A DNA stretch of 54,592 nt from an uncultured Thiobacillus sp. (GTDB taxonomy: Bacteria; Pseudomonadota; Gammaproteobacteria; Burkholderiales; Thiobacillaceae): assembly GCA_964625895.1 (NCBI GenBank), contig CAZVBY010000001.1, forward strand, positions 18,558 to 73,149. The letters are read 5' to 3'. The number at the start of each line of letters is the position of its first letter. Position 1 is the stretch's first letter. Under the pieces are notes generated by a model. That model was not told where the DNA came from. It ran no database searches and saw only the letters and a list, made by a program, of their open reading frames with translations. Below, in pieces: positions 37,542 through 47,651 of this stretch. Position numbers and translations under genes: made by a program.

Positions 37542-38765
37542 TCAGGCGAACGTGTCAATCAGTCCTGACTGACGTGCGGGCATTCCCCCACTGACGATGA
37601 TTGGCGTTATTTCCGCATGTGCGCGGCTGTTTCCCTTGCCGGCATGACGGGCGCTGCTGCCTTGTTCCTGATTACCCTGTCGGCCGGCGGTGCCTGCGTC
37701 AATACTGACACGTTCCAGACTGAATCCTGCGCTCGTCATCTGTTCCTGAAGTTTTGGCAGGGCGGACTGCAAGGCTTCGCGCACCTGCGCGTCGTGGGCC
37801 AGGAAGCGGACATCCGCTGCGCCGTTTTCAATGCTCAACACGATCTGCATGGGGCCAAGCCCTTCCGGGCTCAGGCGCAACTCGGCTTGCTGGATTTGTT
37901 CCGAGGCCATCCACACCATTTTCTGGCCCATGGCGTCAGCCCAGGCCGCGCTGCCGACATTCGGCGCGATCCACTGGGCCGCCTGTGCGTTAACCGCTGG
38001 CGCGCCAGCCGTTACAGGCAGGTTGAACGACAGGCTGGGCGAGGGTTGCGGCGCGCTGGCCGTCGCGCCGGGGGTTTCGGTCGGCGCGGCAGCGGCTTCT
38101 GCCAAGCGTGGCGCCTGGTTTGCCTGAGCGCGGTTGTTTGCATCGATGCTGATTCTTGCGTCCTCTGGTTTGTGCGGCGCCATGCGCGGTTTTTGGCTGC
38201 CTGTGTCCAGCGCTGCCATGCGTTCCGTCATGCCTGACTTGCCAGGCGTGACGCTTTGGATGGGGAGGTTTGCCGGGCTGGCCATGCCAAAGTGCGTTGG
38301 TGAGGCGTCTCGCGCGGTCAGGTCGTCTAAACCTGGCTGCGCAGCAAGCGGCAGCGAAGTCTCCATTGCAGGATCGACAGCGTTTTCCATCTCGACAGGC
38401 ATTGCGGATGCTTCGGGGTGGCCTGGGGCCACCGCCGGCTGCGTCAGGGCGGCGGCTTGCAGGGCAGCCGCCAGTGCGGGCATTGCGATGGCAGGGTCGG
38501 CAGGCGCAAGCTCCGCACGCAATGCGACCACCTCAGCCTGTTGCATCACGCCAGGTGTCGCGGTTTCTGTGATGTCTGCCGCGGGGGTTTCCTCGGCCTT
38601 GGCCAGGACCGCTTCATCGGATTCCGTTTTGCCGGTATGTCTGTCCATCGCTCCGGATAGCGTGTCGGCAAAGAGCATGGTGTTATCCATTGCTGACTCA
38701 GATCCGTTCTGCGGCATTGTCGAGGTCTTGGCGGGTATCGCGGCAGTAATGGCGGGCGTGGGCAT
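37542..38765 (-). CDS. fliK: Hook-length control protein FliK
   Basis: Ala/Pro-rich N-terminus; C-domain AELRLSPEGLG, IDTFA; follows fliJ. Confidence 0.92.
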   Translation of the reverse strand: MPTPAITAAIPAKTSTMPQNGSESAMDNTMLFADTLSGAMDRHTGKTESDEAVLAKAEETPAADITETATPGVMQQAEVVALRAELAPADPAIAMPALAAALQAAALTQPAVAPGHPEASAMPVEMENAVDPAMETSLPLAAQPGLDDLTARDASPTHFGMASPANLPIQSVTPGKSGMTERMAALDTGSQKPRMAPHKPEDARISIDANNRAQANQAPRLAEAAAAPTETPGATASAPQPSPSLSFNLPVTAGAPAVNAQAAQWIAPNVGSAAWADAMGQKMVWMASEQIQQAELRLSPEGLGPMQIVLSIENGAADVRFLAHDAQVREALQSALPKLQEQMTSAGFSLERVSIDAGTAGRQGNQEQGSSARHAGKGNSRAHAEITPIIVSGGMPARQSGLIDTFA

Positions 38766-38788
38766 GGCTGGATCCTTTGTTTTGATCT

Positions 38789-39247
38789 TTATGCGGCGTT
38801 CTTGTCGCGTTGTGTGTCGCCATGCAGACGCATAGCGTGTTCGTCGAGTATTTTCTGTTCCTGCTTGAGCGCTTTGGCTGTTTCGACCGTCTCGCAGCGG
38901 CGGTCGAGCAGGCTGTAGGATTTTTCGCGGCGAAAGTGGCCGCGCCACTTATCGCGGCAGAGTTCGACCTGTTGCGTGGACAGGTGAATGGCGTGTTTCT
39001 GCTTTTCGATCATCTGATCCAGCTGGCCAAGAAAAGCCAGCTGGTTCTTTAATTCTGTTGCGCTGGCGCCCTGGCAGGCTTTGCGTTCCATGCCCTGACG
39101 GTAGTCAGTCAGATAGCCATCCAGTGTATTCAGGGTGGCCTCGGCTTGACGCTGTCCGGATACCGCTACCGCCAGTGACTCGGCGGCACGCTCCTTGTCT
39201 TCACCCGCCAGACGGATCAGGGTTGCAAGGGTGCTGCGTTTCATCAT
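38789..39247 (-). CDS. fliJ: FliJ
   Basis: Coiled coil, FLGQLD, EQKILDE; directly after fliI. Confidence 0.92.
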   Translation of the reverse strand: MMKRSTLATLIRLAGEDKERAAESLAVAVSGQRQAEATLNTLDGYLTDYRQGMERKACQGASATELKNQLAFLGQLDQMIEKQKHAIHLSTQQVELCRDKWRGHFRREKSYSLLDRRCETVETAKALKQEQKILDEHAMRLHGDTQRDKNAA

Positions 39248-40665
39248 TCGGTTTTCTCCTGTCTGGTCTCCAGCGCATTGGCCAGACCACGGATGCTGTC
39301 CTGCACGGGCGCGCGTTCCTGTATGCCCTGCTGCAAGAATGCCTCGATGCCTGGATAAGATTCGATGGCTTGATCGATGGCCGGGTCGGAGCCCGGCTTG
39401 TAGGCGCCGACGGAAATCAGGTCACGGTTGCGCTGGTAGCGTGAATACAACTGTTTGAGATAACGCGCAGCATCCTGATGCGCGGACGACACCAGATTGA
39501 TCATGGCCCGGCTGATGGAGGCTTCGATGTCGATGGCCGGATAGTGGCCGGATTCCGCCAGCGTGCGCGACAACACGATATGTCCGTCGAGGATGGCGCG
39601 GGCGCTGTCGGCGATGGGGTCCTGCTGATCGTCGCCTTCCGAGAGCACGGTGTAAAAAGCGGTGATCGAGCCGCTGCCTTCGCGGCCGTTGCCCGCGCGT
39701 TCGATCAGTTGCGGAATCTTGGCAAACACCGAGGGCGGATAACCCTTGGATGCGGGCGGCTCGCCGATGGCCAGCGCAATTTCCCGCTGCGCCATGGCAT
39801 AGCGTGTGACCGAGTCCATGATGAGCAGCACGTTTTTTCCCTCATCGCGGAAGTATTCGGCAATGGTGGTGGCGTAGGCGGCGCCCTGTAGCCTCATCAG
39901 CGGTGATGTGTCGGCAGGCGCGGCCACGACAACGGAGCGCGCCAGGCCTTCGGGGCCGAGGATGTGCTCGATGAATTCCTTGACCTCGCGACCGCGTTCG
40001 CCGATCAGCCCCACGACAATGACATCCGCAGTGGTGTAGCGCGCCATCATGCCGAGCAGCACGCTCTTTCCCACGCCGCTGCCAGCGAACAGGCCGATGC
40101 GTTGGCCGCGGCCCACGGTGAGCAACGCGTTGATGGCGCGCACCCCCGTGTCGAGAATTTCGGAAATGGGTGCGCGCGCGAGCGGGTTGTAGGGGCGGCT
40201 GTGCAGCGGGCGCTGGTGTTGCGTGTGAAGCGGGCCGATTTCGTCCAGCGGCCGGCCCATGCCGTCGAGCACGCGGCCCAATAACTCATCCCCCACAGGG
40301 TAATGCTTGGCGCGATCGGAACTGCGCTTTCTGGGATGGTTGACGGTGCCGGGTTTGGGCAGGCTGGCAGTGATATCTTCGGCAATGACTGGCGCGCCAG
40401 GTTCGATGCCGTTGACCTGGCCATGCGGCATCAGGAACAACCGGTCGTTGGAGAAACCGACCACTTCGGCTTCGACCTGATTGCCGTCGCTCATCAGGAT
40501 GCTGCAACTGTTGCCGACAGCGAGTTTGATGCCGATGCATTCAACGATCAGCCCGGCGACGCGCGTGACCTTGCCGGAAATTTGTACCGGTTCGGCGATC
40601 AGGGCAAGCTGTTCGCAGTCTTTCAGTAAGCGGCTGATGCCGGCTTCGAGTTCCAGTGTGCGCAT
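39244..40665 (-). CDS. fliI: Export ATPase FliI (alternative in-frame start at 40848)
   Basis: [34 protein letters not shown]. Confidence 0.97.
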   Translation of the reverse strand: MRTLELEAGISRLLKDCEQLALIAEPVQISGKVTRVAGLIVECIGIKLAVGNSCSILMSDGNQVEAEVVGFSNDRLFLMPHGQVNGIEPGAPVIAEDITASLPKPGTVNHPRKRSSDRAKHYPVGDELLGRVLDGMGRPLDEIGPLHTQHQRPLHSRPYNPLARAPISEILDTGVRAINALLTVGRGQRIGLFAGSGVGKSVLLGMMARYTTADVIVVGLIGERGREVKEFIEHILGPEGLARSVVVAAPADTSPLMRLQGAAYATTIAEYFRDEGKNVLLIMDSVTRYAMAQREIALAIGEPPASKGYPPSVFAKIPQLIERAGNGREGSGSITAFYTVLSEGDDQQDPIADSARAILDGHIVLSRTLAESGHYPAIDIEASISRAMINLVSSAHQDAARYLKQLYSRYQRNRDLISVGAYKPGSDPAIDQAIESYPGIEAFLQQGIQERAPVQDSIRGLANALETRQEKTE

Positions 40666-40677
40666 TTTTATTTCAAT

Positions 40678-40808
40678 CCTCCCTTGATAAAGGGGGGTGG
40701 GGGATTTCACGGTGGATGAATCCCCCCGCTCACTTTGTTTGCCACCCCCTTTGACAAGGGGGTAACAAGGCAGCCACCCCTTGATAAAAGGGAGTTGGCG
40801 GGGGGGTT
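40678..40808. repeat. Second cluster of the same palindromic repeats, between fliH and the fliI core
   Basis: 40718-40764 matches 33634-33680 at 40/47 positions; CCCTTGATAAAGGGGGGTGGGGGATTTC resembles 33753-33785. Confidence 0.85.
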
Positions 40809-40844
40809 CAAGGGAAGTGATTCTTGCCCTGGAGATTCCTTGAC

Positions 40845-41474
40845 TCATGCTTCCTCCAGCCAATCGTTGTTCTGGCCAAGTGCCTTGCTTATCCGCTGCC
40901 AGCGGGATTCGATGCTGGCGTCTGCCGCGCCTGCATGGGATTCGATGCGGCAGCCGCCACGTTGCATGGACATGTCCGGCCTGGTTTTGATGCCATAGGC
41001 GGCGAGCTCGTCTTTCATCAGCTCGTTAACGAGCTTGAGATCATCCGGATTGAGCAGCAGATGCGTGTGGCCGGATAGCGCGGGCAGTTTGGTGATGGCA
41101 TCACGCACGATGGGCAGGATCAATTCCGGCCGGACGGCCAGCGCCTGGTGCAGCATGGCCTTGGCCAGCGTCAGGGCAAGGTCAAGCGTCGGCCCGGAAA
41201 TCTGCTCGGGAAGTGCGGCCAGCTCGTGTTGGGTGTTTTCAAACAACGTGCTCAGACGTTCGCGCAACGCCTCGCTATGGGCGCGGCTTTCTTTCAGCCC
41301 CTCGGCAAAACCTTCCGCATAGCCGCCGTCGCGCGCGGACTGGCGCAGGCTTTCCAGTGCCGCGGCCTCATTTTGCGCCGCCGTTTCTTCCTGCTCGCCC
41401 GCTTCATCAAACGAGGCCAGTTCCCAGCGCTGATAGGCGGTGAGTCGTTCCTTCGGGATCACGATGTTAGACAT
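40845..41474 (-). CDS. fliH: FliH
   Basis: AYQRWEL, GxxxG repeats ([10 protein letters not shown]), [13 protein letters not shown]. Confidence 0.95.
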   Translation of the reverse strand: MSNIVIPKERLTAYQRWELASFDEAGEQEETAAQNEAAALESLRQSARDGGYAEGFAEGLKESRAHSEALRERLSTLFENTQHELAALPEQISGPTLDLALTLAKAMLHQALAVRPELILPIVRDAITKLPALSGHTHLLLNPDDLKLVNELMKDELAAYGIKTRPDMSMQRGGCRIESHAGAADASIESRWQRISKALGQNNDWLEEA

Positions 41475-42459
41475 ATTCTTCGCCACCCTTGCCGGCAATC
41501 ACGATCTGCCCCTCGTCCGCCAGTCGCTTGACAGTTTGCAGGATCTGTTTTTGCTCGGCTTCGACTTCGGAGAGCTTGACCGGCCCCTTGGATTCGAGGT
41601 CTTCCTTGAGCATTTCCGCTGCGCGCGAGGACATGTTCTTGAATATTTTGTCGCGCAGATCCTGCGTGGCGCCCTTGAGGGCAATGATGAGCGACTCGGA
41701 CTGAACTTCGCGCAACATGAGCTGGATGCCCTTGTCGTCGACATCCATCAGGTTGTCGAAGATGAACATTTCATCCTCGATTTTCTGCGCGAGGGTTTCA
41801 TCCTGGGTGCGCAGGTTCTCCATGATGGTTTCTTCGTGCGTGCCGACGAAATTAAGAATCTCCGCTGCCGCCTTGATGCCGCCCATCGGCTTGTTGGGCG
41901 AGAAATTGCGGCCGGTCAGCAGGCGTCCGAGCACATCGCTCAATTCCTGCAGCGCAGCGGGCTGCACGCCATCCAGCAGCGCGATGCGGTGAACGACGTC
42001 GTTGCGAAGTTTTTCGTCGAACAAGGAAAGCGCCTGCCCGGCCTGGCTGGGTTCGAGGTGGACGAGTATGGTCGAGATGATCTGCGGGTGCTCGTTGCGG
42101 ATCAGCGCAGCCACTTGCTCGGGCGACATCCAGCGTAGATGGTCGATGCCGGGCGAATCATTGTCCTTGAGAATGCGGTTGATGACGTGCACCGCCTTGT
42201 CGTCGCCCAGCGCCTTGACCAGCACGGAGCGGACGTATTCTGATGAGTCAACATGCAGCCCGTTGCGGTCCGAGGTGGATTCGTGAAAGGAATCAATGGC
42301 CGCGTCGATCTGCTCGCGGCTCACGCTGGAGAGGCCGGCCATTGCCGCGCCGATTTTTTCCACCTCGCGCGGGCCCAGATATTTCAGCACTTCCGCCGCC
42401 TCATCCTCGCCCAGCGAGAGCAGGAGGATGGCGCTCTTCATCACGCCGGCATCACTCAT
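41467..42459 (-). CDS. fliG: Motor switch FliG
   Basis: EHPQ, GG hinge, MFIFD, KNMSSRAA. Confidence 0.97.
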   Translation of the reverse strand: MSDAGVMKSAILLLSLGEDEAAEVLKYLGPREVEKIGAAMAGLSSVSREQIDAAIDSFHESTSDRNGLHVDSSEYVRSVLVKALGDDKAVHVINRILKDNDSPGIDHLRWMSPEQVAALIRNEHPQIISTILVHLEPSQAGQALSLFDEKLRNDVVHRIALLDGVQPAALQELSDVLGRLLTGRNFSPNKPMGGIKAAAEILNFVGTHEETIMENLRTQDETLAQKIEDEMFIFDNLMDVDDKGIQLMLREVQSESLIIALKGATQDLRDKIFKNMSSRAAEMLKEDLESKGPVKLSEVEAEQKQILQTVKRLADEGQIVIAGKGGEEYV

Positions 42460-44113
42460 TTCCGTCTACCCACTTCTTTACCACATTGGCCACGGCGCGT
42501 GGATCCTGGCGCGCCGCCATGCGTGCAGCCTGCAGGCGGTCTTCCGTCATGGGGGCCTGGTTTGTCCCGGGCAACGCCAGCATTTTTTCCCCTGTCAGCG
42601 CAGGTGTTTCGCCTGTCGGCGAGCCCTCATTTTCCTTTTCCGGATTGGTTTCCACTTTCCCCCTGGCTGCCGCTGAGGCGCGTTTCAGCAAAGGACGCAC
42701 GAAGGCAAAGAAGGCATAGGCCGTGACGGCTGCCAGCAGCAGATACTTGCCGCCGAGCATGGCCAGATTGATGTTCTCTGGCTGTTTCCACACCGGCATC
42801 TCTGGAAGCTTCTCGATTTCCGGGCTGGTGAAGCGCGTGTTGGTGACGTTGAGCGTGTCGCCGCGCACTTGGCTAAAACCCATTGCTTCCTTGACCAAGG
42901 CGTCGATCTGGGTTTTTTCTGCAGCGGAGAGCGGCACGAAGCTGGCCGCGCCTTTCTTGTCCAACACCTTCTTGTAGTTCACGACGACCGCGGCCGACAG
43001 GCGTTTAACCCCGCCCATGGGTTTTTGCACGTACTGGATGGTCTTGTCGACCTCGTAATTGGTGGTGGCGTCCTTGCGCGAGTTGCCAGCGGGTGTGGCT
43101 GCGCTGGCGGTGGCGCCGCCTTGCTGGTTGACCGGTGCGGCGGCGGGGGCGGGCGGCTGGTTGGTCAACGCGCCTGGCACGCCGATGGCAGCGCCGCCGC
43201 TGTTGTTCGATTCGCTGATCTGCTGGCTGCGGATGGCTGCCTGCGCCGCATCCTGATTGGGCTTGTAGGTTTCGGCGGCCTGTTCTGTGCGCGAGAAGTC
43301 GATTTCGGCGGATACCTCGGCATGGACGTTATCCTTGCCCACGATGGGGAAAAGAATCGCCTCGATGCGGCGGGCCACGCCACGCTCGTAATCCTGCACA
43401 TACTTGAGCTGGCTGGCATCCATGCCGGCGCCGCCGGCTGCGTTTTCCTTCTCGGAGAGCAGGTTGCCGCTCTGGTCGAGTACCGTCACGCTCTTTGGCG
43501 ACAACCCCGGCACGCTGCTCGAGACGAGATGGGTGACCGCGCTGATTTGCCCGGAGTCAAGTGTGCGGCCAGGATACAGATTGAGCACCACCGATGCGGT
43601 CGGCTTCTGTTCCTCGCGCACGAAAACCGACTGTTTGGTGAAAGCGATGTGCACGCGCGCGCTCTGCACCGCTGAAATGGCCTGCATCGAGCGTGCCAGT
43701 TCGCCTTCCAGCGCGCGTTGATAATTGACCTGCTCCAGGAACTGGCTAACGCCCAGCTTCTGGTTCTCCATCAGTTCGAAACCGACGCCGCCGCCCTTGG
43801 GCAGACCCTGTGAAGCGAGCTTCAGGCGCGCTTCGTGCACCTTGTCGGCCGGTACCAGAATGGCGCCGCCGCCTTCGGTGAACTGGTAGGGCACGTTCAT
43901 CTGCGTCAGCACGCCGATAATGTCGCCGCCATCCCGATCCGTGACGTTGCTGAAAAGCACCCGGTATTCCGGCTGTTTGCCCCACAGCCACAGACCAGCG
44001 ACGATGGCGACCACCGCTGCCAGGCCGATCAGGGCCATGGCTTTGCCGCCTGCCGGGGGCAGTGGAAAAATCTGCATTCTCGGGGCAATGGCTGTTTGCG
44101 CCGCTTCGCTCAT
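42452..44113 (-). CDS. fliF: MS-ring FliF
   Basis: GFELM, RALEGELAR, ARVH, TASV, GVPGALTNQP, NYEVD. Confidence 0.97.
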   Translation of the reverse strand: MSEAAQTAIAPRMQIFPLPPAGGKAMALIGLAAVVAIVAGLWLWGKQPEYRVLFSNVTDRDGGDIIGVLTQMNVPYQFTEGGGAILVPADKVHEARLKLASQGLPKGGGVGFELMENQKLGVSQFLEQVNYQRALEGELARSMQAISAVQSARVHIAFTKQSVFVREEQKPTASVVLNLYPGRTLDSGQISAVTHLVSSSVPGLSPKSVTVLDQSGNLLSEKENAAGGAGMDASQLKYVQDYERGVARRIEAILFPIVGKDNVHAEVSAEIDFSRTEQAAETYKPNQDAAQAAIRSQQISESNNSGGAAIGVPGALTNQPPAPAAAPVNQQGGATASAATPAGNSRKDATTNYEVDKTIQYVQKPMGGVKRLSAAVVVNYKKVLDKKGAASFVPLSAAEKTQIDALVKEAMGFSQVRGDTLNVTNTRFTSPEIEKLPEMPVWKQPENINLAMLGGKYLLLAAVTAYAFFAFVRPLLKRASAAARGKVETNPEKENEGSPTGETPALTGEKMLALPGTNQAPMTEDRLQAARMAARQDPRAVANVVKKWVDGNE

Positions 44114-44160
44114 GTCAAGAAACTCCGTGTCAGGCTTATGTGTGGTCAGGCTTAGTGCTG

Positions 44161-44253
44161 ATTATCGACAGGCGGCGCCAAACCGGTCGGCGGAATAGAC
44201 CCGGTTTTTTCCCTTAATTCGGCTCATGCCGGCTTGCCGGTCCTTGCTATCTT
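44161..44253. promoter_or_regulatory. FlhDC-type site between divergent fliF and fliE
   Basis: GGAATAG-N16-TAATTCGG (44192-44222); -10 GATAAT at 44161-44166 (-) and TATCTT at 44248 (+), both 26 nt away. Confidence 0.7.
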
Positions 44254-44290
44254 TCGTTCAGATGAGGATGAACCCGGCAAGGAGGTTCGG

Positions 44291-44614
44291 ATGGATACGG
44301 CAAAAATCGACCGCATGGTGGCCATGCTCCGCGCGCATGCGGACTATGCGTCCGGCGCGCGGCCGGTCAAAAGGGCCGAGGCGGACAATGGCCCGGGCTT
44401 TGGCTCGGTGTTGAAAACCTCGCTCGATCAGGTCAGCAGTATGCAACAGTCTTCCAGTGAGATGGCCAGGGCTTTTGAACTGGGGGATCGCAGCGTCAAC
44501 CTCAACGATGTCATGGTATCGCTGCAAAAATCCAGCATTGCCTTTCAGGCCACCGTACAGGTCAGAAACAAGCTGGTGCAGGCCTATCAAGACATCATGA
44601 ACATGCAGATATGA
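44291..44614 (+). CDS. fliE: FliE
   Basis: VQVRNKLVQAYQDIMNMQI; GGAGG RBS. Confidence 0.96.
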   Translation: MDTAKIDRMVAMLRAHADYASGARPVKRAEADNGPGFGSVLKTSLDQVSSMQQSSSEMARAFELGDRSVNLNDVMVSLQKSSIAFQATVQVRNKLVQAYQDIMNMQI

Positions 44615-44777
44615 TTTTGCACAGGCCCGGCGCGTTGCCGGCTTTCCCAAGCTTCATTTCCCGTTCCCGATTCAGAATGATCACGCGAAGCCGATGAGCA
44701 AGCGACGAAGACCGTGCGGCATGCATGGCAGGCAGCGCAAGGAAAATGACAAATTGAGGGATTGACTGGGAATGACC

Positions 44778-45572
44778 TTATCCCAGTTTCGCGCGCCGCT
44801 CGCATTCCAGCTTGATGATGTAGCGCTGTAGCGCGTTTTGCAGCTGGTTGTCGATATCGTCGAAGCGGCAGCCAAGACGGATTTTGCCGGGCCCGCTTTT
44901 GCGTTTGACATGAGTCACGTTGCGCACTTCGAGATCGGCCGAGACTTCGCCAATGCCAGGCAGGGTGAACCGGCAATTCTTGAGCATGGTCCCATGTCCG
45001 ATGTTGGACGCATTGTCCAGATACACGACAGCGATGCCACCCAGTCCAATGTCTTCGACGGTGGCCGAGACCGGCGCATCGAGGCCGGATTCGACCTGCG
45101 GCGGAATGAGGCAGAGGACGGGCTTGGAGGAGGGAAGGTGCACGCGGTAGTAGTCCCGCCGTTGCAAACGGATGACGGATTCGGGGATGCGGAGGCAAAG
45201 ACAAGCTTCGCCGCCATGCAGGCAGTGCCAGGCCCGGTCGGCGCGGAAATAGACGCGTACCTGATCCAGCATGGTTTCGAACAGGATGGTCTGGCCATTG
45301 ACAAAACGGTCGTTGACAGCGCGGTTCTGCGAAGGGTCCAGCACCATCGTGTTGTTGTGGTCGTCCACCGCGATGAGCGAACTGAGAAACACATCACCGC
45401 TCGTTTCGGCGGACAGGTTGACGAGCACATTTTGCTCCTGGATCGAATTCAGGATGTGCAGGATTTCGCTTTTCGACCAGATGGCGTAGCGGTTGGCCGA
45501 CAGGTTGCCGCCAGATGGCGGGGATGGCGTGTCTTCGTTCATTGTCGGTGCGGTCAGTGGTTCCGTATCCAT
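44778..45572 (-). CDS. ycgR: Flagellar brake YcgR (PilZ domain)
   Basis: YcgR-like N-domain; LQRRDYYR (RxxxR) and DIGLGG (D/NxSxxG variant). Confidence 0.9.
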   Translation of the reverse strand: MDTEPLTAPTMNEDTPSPPSGGNLSANRYAIWSKSEILHILNSIQEQNVLVNLSAETSGDVFLSSLIAVDDHNNTMVLDPSQNRAVNDRFVNGQTILFETMLDQVRVYFRADRAWHCLHGGEACLCLRIPESVIRLQRRDYYRVHLPSSKPVLCLIPPQVESGLDAPVSATVEDIGLGGIAVVYLDNASNIGHGTMLKNCRFTLPGIGEVSADLEVRNVTHVKRKSGPGKIRLGCRFDDIDNQLQNALQRYIIKLECERRAKLG

Positions 45573-45910
45573 GTTGTCGTTTGTCCGTCCGGAAGGGAGG
45601 ACGTATCGGCGCGTACGGGATCGGCACGGTCCTGGCCGCGGCCGGCAGTTTCCTGTTCCAGCTGATACAGCCAGGCGAGCAATTCGGCAATGACCATGTA
45701 GAGCTGCGGCGGGATATGGCTGTCCAGATCTACCCCCATCAGCAGGCCGACCAGTTCCGGTGATTCGTGGACAAATACGCCGCTTGCCTTGGCGTGTTCG
45801 ATGATGGCTTCGGCGACAGCGCCGCGTCCCTTGGCAATGACTTTCGGCGCGTAGTCGCCGGGCAGATAGCGAATGGCGGCGGCGGATGCGCGCGGATCAG
45901 GCGGGTTCAT
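45554..45910 (-). CDS. Short FlhB cytoplasmic-domain-like protein (EscU/YscU/HrcU family)
   Basis: APKVIAKGRG..AE.II, IPPQLY.VIAELLAWLY. Confidence 0.92.
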   Translation of the reverse strand: MNPPDPRASAAAIRYLPGDYAPKVIAKGRGAVAEAIIEHAKASGVFVHESPELVGLLMGVDLDSHIPPQLYMVIAELLAWLYQLEQETAGRGQDRADPVRADTSSLPDGQTTTWIRNH

Positions 45911-46880
45911 GTCCCGTTTCCCCGATCTGGGCCGGAAATGCCCCGATGTGCAGACCATTGACGCGACAACCCGCGGCGACGAGTCGATTCGCGCAGCCGG
46001 GTAGTGTTTCATTCATGCGGCTCACGGAGTCGTGGCGTTCACCCAGAATATTCAGGTTGATGCCAGCGCCATCCAGGCGAATATTGATCTCGATCGCGCC
46101 CAGCTCCGGAAAATCAAGATGCAGCCGGGTATTCCATGCAGCGGGCTGATCCGCCGCTGGCTGGGGCGATTGTTCGATGAGCACGGTTGCGGGTTGTCCC
46201 GGCCAAAGCGGCCCGCTCCATTGCAGAATCGGCTTGTCGATGAGCAGCAGTTGTTGTGTGACCAGCCTGGCCGCTTCATGCTCCATGCCTGGCGCAGGCG
46301 CGGCTGGCGTAGATGCCGTCGTGGCAGCAGAAGCGGTCGTCGAAGCGGAAGCCTGCTCCAGTTGCGGGCGCGGCAGTTGCATTTGCGGTTCATGATCCAG
46401 GCTTTCCCTTGGCAACTGGCCGCGATGCCAGGCCAGCAGGTGCGATTCATAGAACAAGCCGGTTCTTTCCAGCGCATCGCGCAGGCCAATCGCCAGTTCC
46501 GCAGGGTAGCGCGGCGGCGTTTCCAGTACGGGCTGTGCGCGACCGGCACGCGCGTGCGGGGCTTCTTCCCGGTCTGCCGCGCTGAGCAGGGATGCGATCA
46601 GCCCGGCGGTCTTGCTGAGGTGCGTGAGCACGGTTTCGCCCGCTTTTGTATCCGTATCGCTGGATGACGGGGCGCGTGGTATCGGTTGTGGTTGTGCATG
46701 CACAGCCTGCCGGACTTGCGTCGCCTCACGCACCTTGTCCACCTGGGTCTGGCGGGATGATACCGGCGCGTGGGTCAGTGCCAGGGCCGATTGCAAGGCG
46801 GCTTCCAGCGAGGCAAGCCTGGCCGTTGTGGCCGTGGCAACGAGTCTGGCTGTATTGTTGGAGACATCCATGGAAACCAT
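45897..46880 (-). CDS. Second FliK-like hook-length control protein
   Basis: TGLFYESHL, WSGPLWPGQ, WNTRLHLDFPELG; between fliT and the FlhB-like gene. Confidence 0.82.
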   Translation of the reverse strand: MVSMDVSNNTARLVATATTARLASLEAALQSALALTHAPVSSRQTQVDKVREATQVRQAVHAQPQPIPRAPSSSDTDTKAGETVLTHLSKTAGLIASLLSAADREEAPHARAGRAQPVLETPPRYPAELAIGLRDALERTGLFYESHLLAWHRGQLPRESLDHEPQMQLPRPQLEQASASTTASAATTASTPAAPAPGMEHEAARLVTQQLLLIDKPILQWSGPLWPGQPATVLIEQSPQPAADQPAAWNTRLHLDFPELGAIEINIRLDGAGINLNILGERHDSVSRMNETLPGCANRLVAAGCRVNGLHIGAFPAQIGETGHEPA

Positions 46881-47218
46881 CAGCCTCGATAGGCGTCCAG
46901 CGCGGCGCGGCCGTTGCGTGACTGCGTCAGCATTTCCTGCAGTCTGGCCATCCAGGGCGTTGCCAGTTCACGCAGGCGGGCGTCGTCCTGGAGAATTTTC
47001 TTGATGACCCGGACCTTTTGTTTTCGCTCCTGTTCGGAAAGCCTTTCATCCGTTGATGCGGCACGGATTTTCTCGATCAGCGGCTTGCAGGCAGGCTCCA
47101 TGCCGGCCACCTGATCCCAGTTGCCCTGTTCGGCGGCGCTGACCATGGTGGCAAGCATGCCGGAAAGGGATTCGTAATGCGTGATGGTGCTGATGCGCGG
47201 CGAACTCATGATGACCAC
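46880..47218 (-). CDS. fliT: FliT
   Basis: A..GNWD, IKKILQDDA.LRELATPW. Confidence 0.9.
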   Translation of the reverse strand: MVIMSSPRISTITHYESLSGMLATMVSAAEQGNWDQVAGMEPACKPLIEKIRAASTDERLSEQERKQKVRVIKKILQDDARLRELATPWMARLQEMLTQSRNGRAALDAYRG

Positions 47219-47219
47219 C

Positions 47220-47639
47220 TTACGCGGCCATGCGGCTGGGGGAACCCGCGGGAGAGCGAATCCCTTTCCAGGCGTCCTGAATCATCGACAGCAGATCCAT
47301 TGCCTCGTTGAGCGGCTCGTTCCGGTTGGACAGATTGGTCTCGATGATCTGGCTGGTAATGTAGAGATACAGCGAATCCAGGCGTTTGGCGATCTGGCCG
47401 CCGCGCTTGTGGTCGAGCGATGCGCGCAGCCCTTCGTTGATGATGGCGATGGCCTTGGATAATTGCGCGGATTTGACCGCCAGATCATGTCTTTCGATGC
47501 TGATGGCGGCCAGTCTGAGCGCCGACATTGCGCCGTCAAGCAGCATGAGAACCAGTTTGTGCGGGTCTGCGCCCGCAACTTCGGTTTCCAGTCCGACCTG
47601 TTTGTAGGTGTCTGCGTATTGGCGCGCGGGTGTGAACAT
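47220..47639 (-). CDS. fliS: Flagellin chaperone FliS
   Basis: ADPHKLVLMLLDGA, GLRASLD, LDSLYLY, AWK. Confidence 0.96.
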   Translation of the reverse strand: MFTPARQYADTYKQVGLETEVAGADPHKLVLMLLDGAMSALRLAAISIERHDLAVKSAQLSKAIAIINEGLRASLDHKRGGQIAKRLDSLYLYITSQIIETNLSNRNEPLNEAMDLLSMIQDAWKGIRSPAGSPSRMAA

Positions 47640-47651
47640 GGTGTTTCCTCC

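Noticed and set aside
33634..40808. CRISPR array in the GC-rich repeats
   Set aside because: Units are degenerate, few and irregularly spaced, with no unique spacers of constant length and no cas genes.
45554..45910. Injectisome type III secretion system
   Set aside because: The EscU-family match is a flagellar FlhB-like fragment; there are no secretin, needle or translocon genes.
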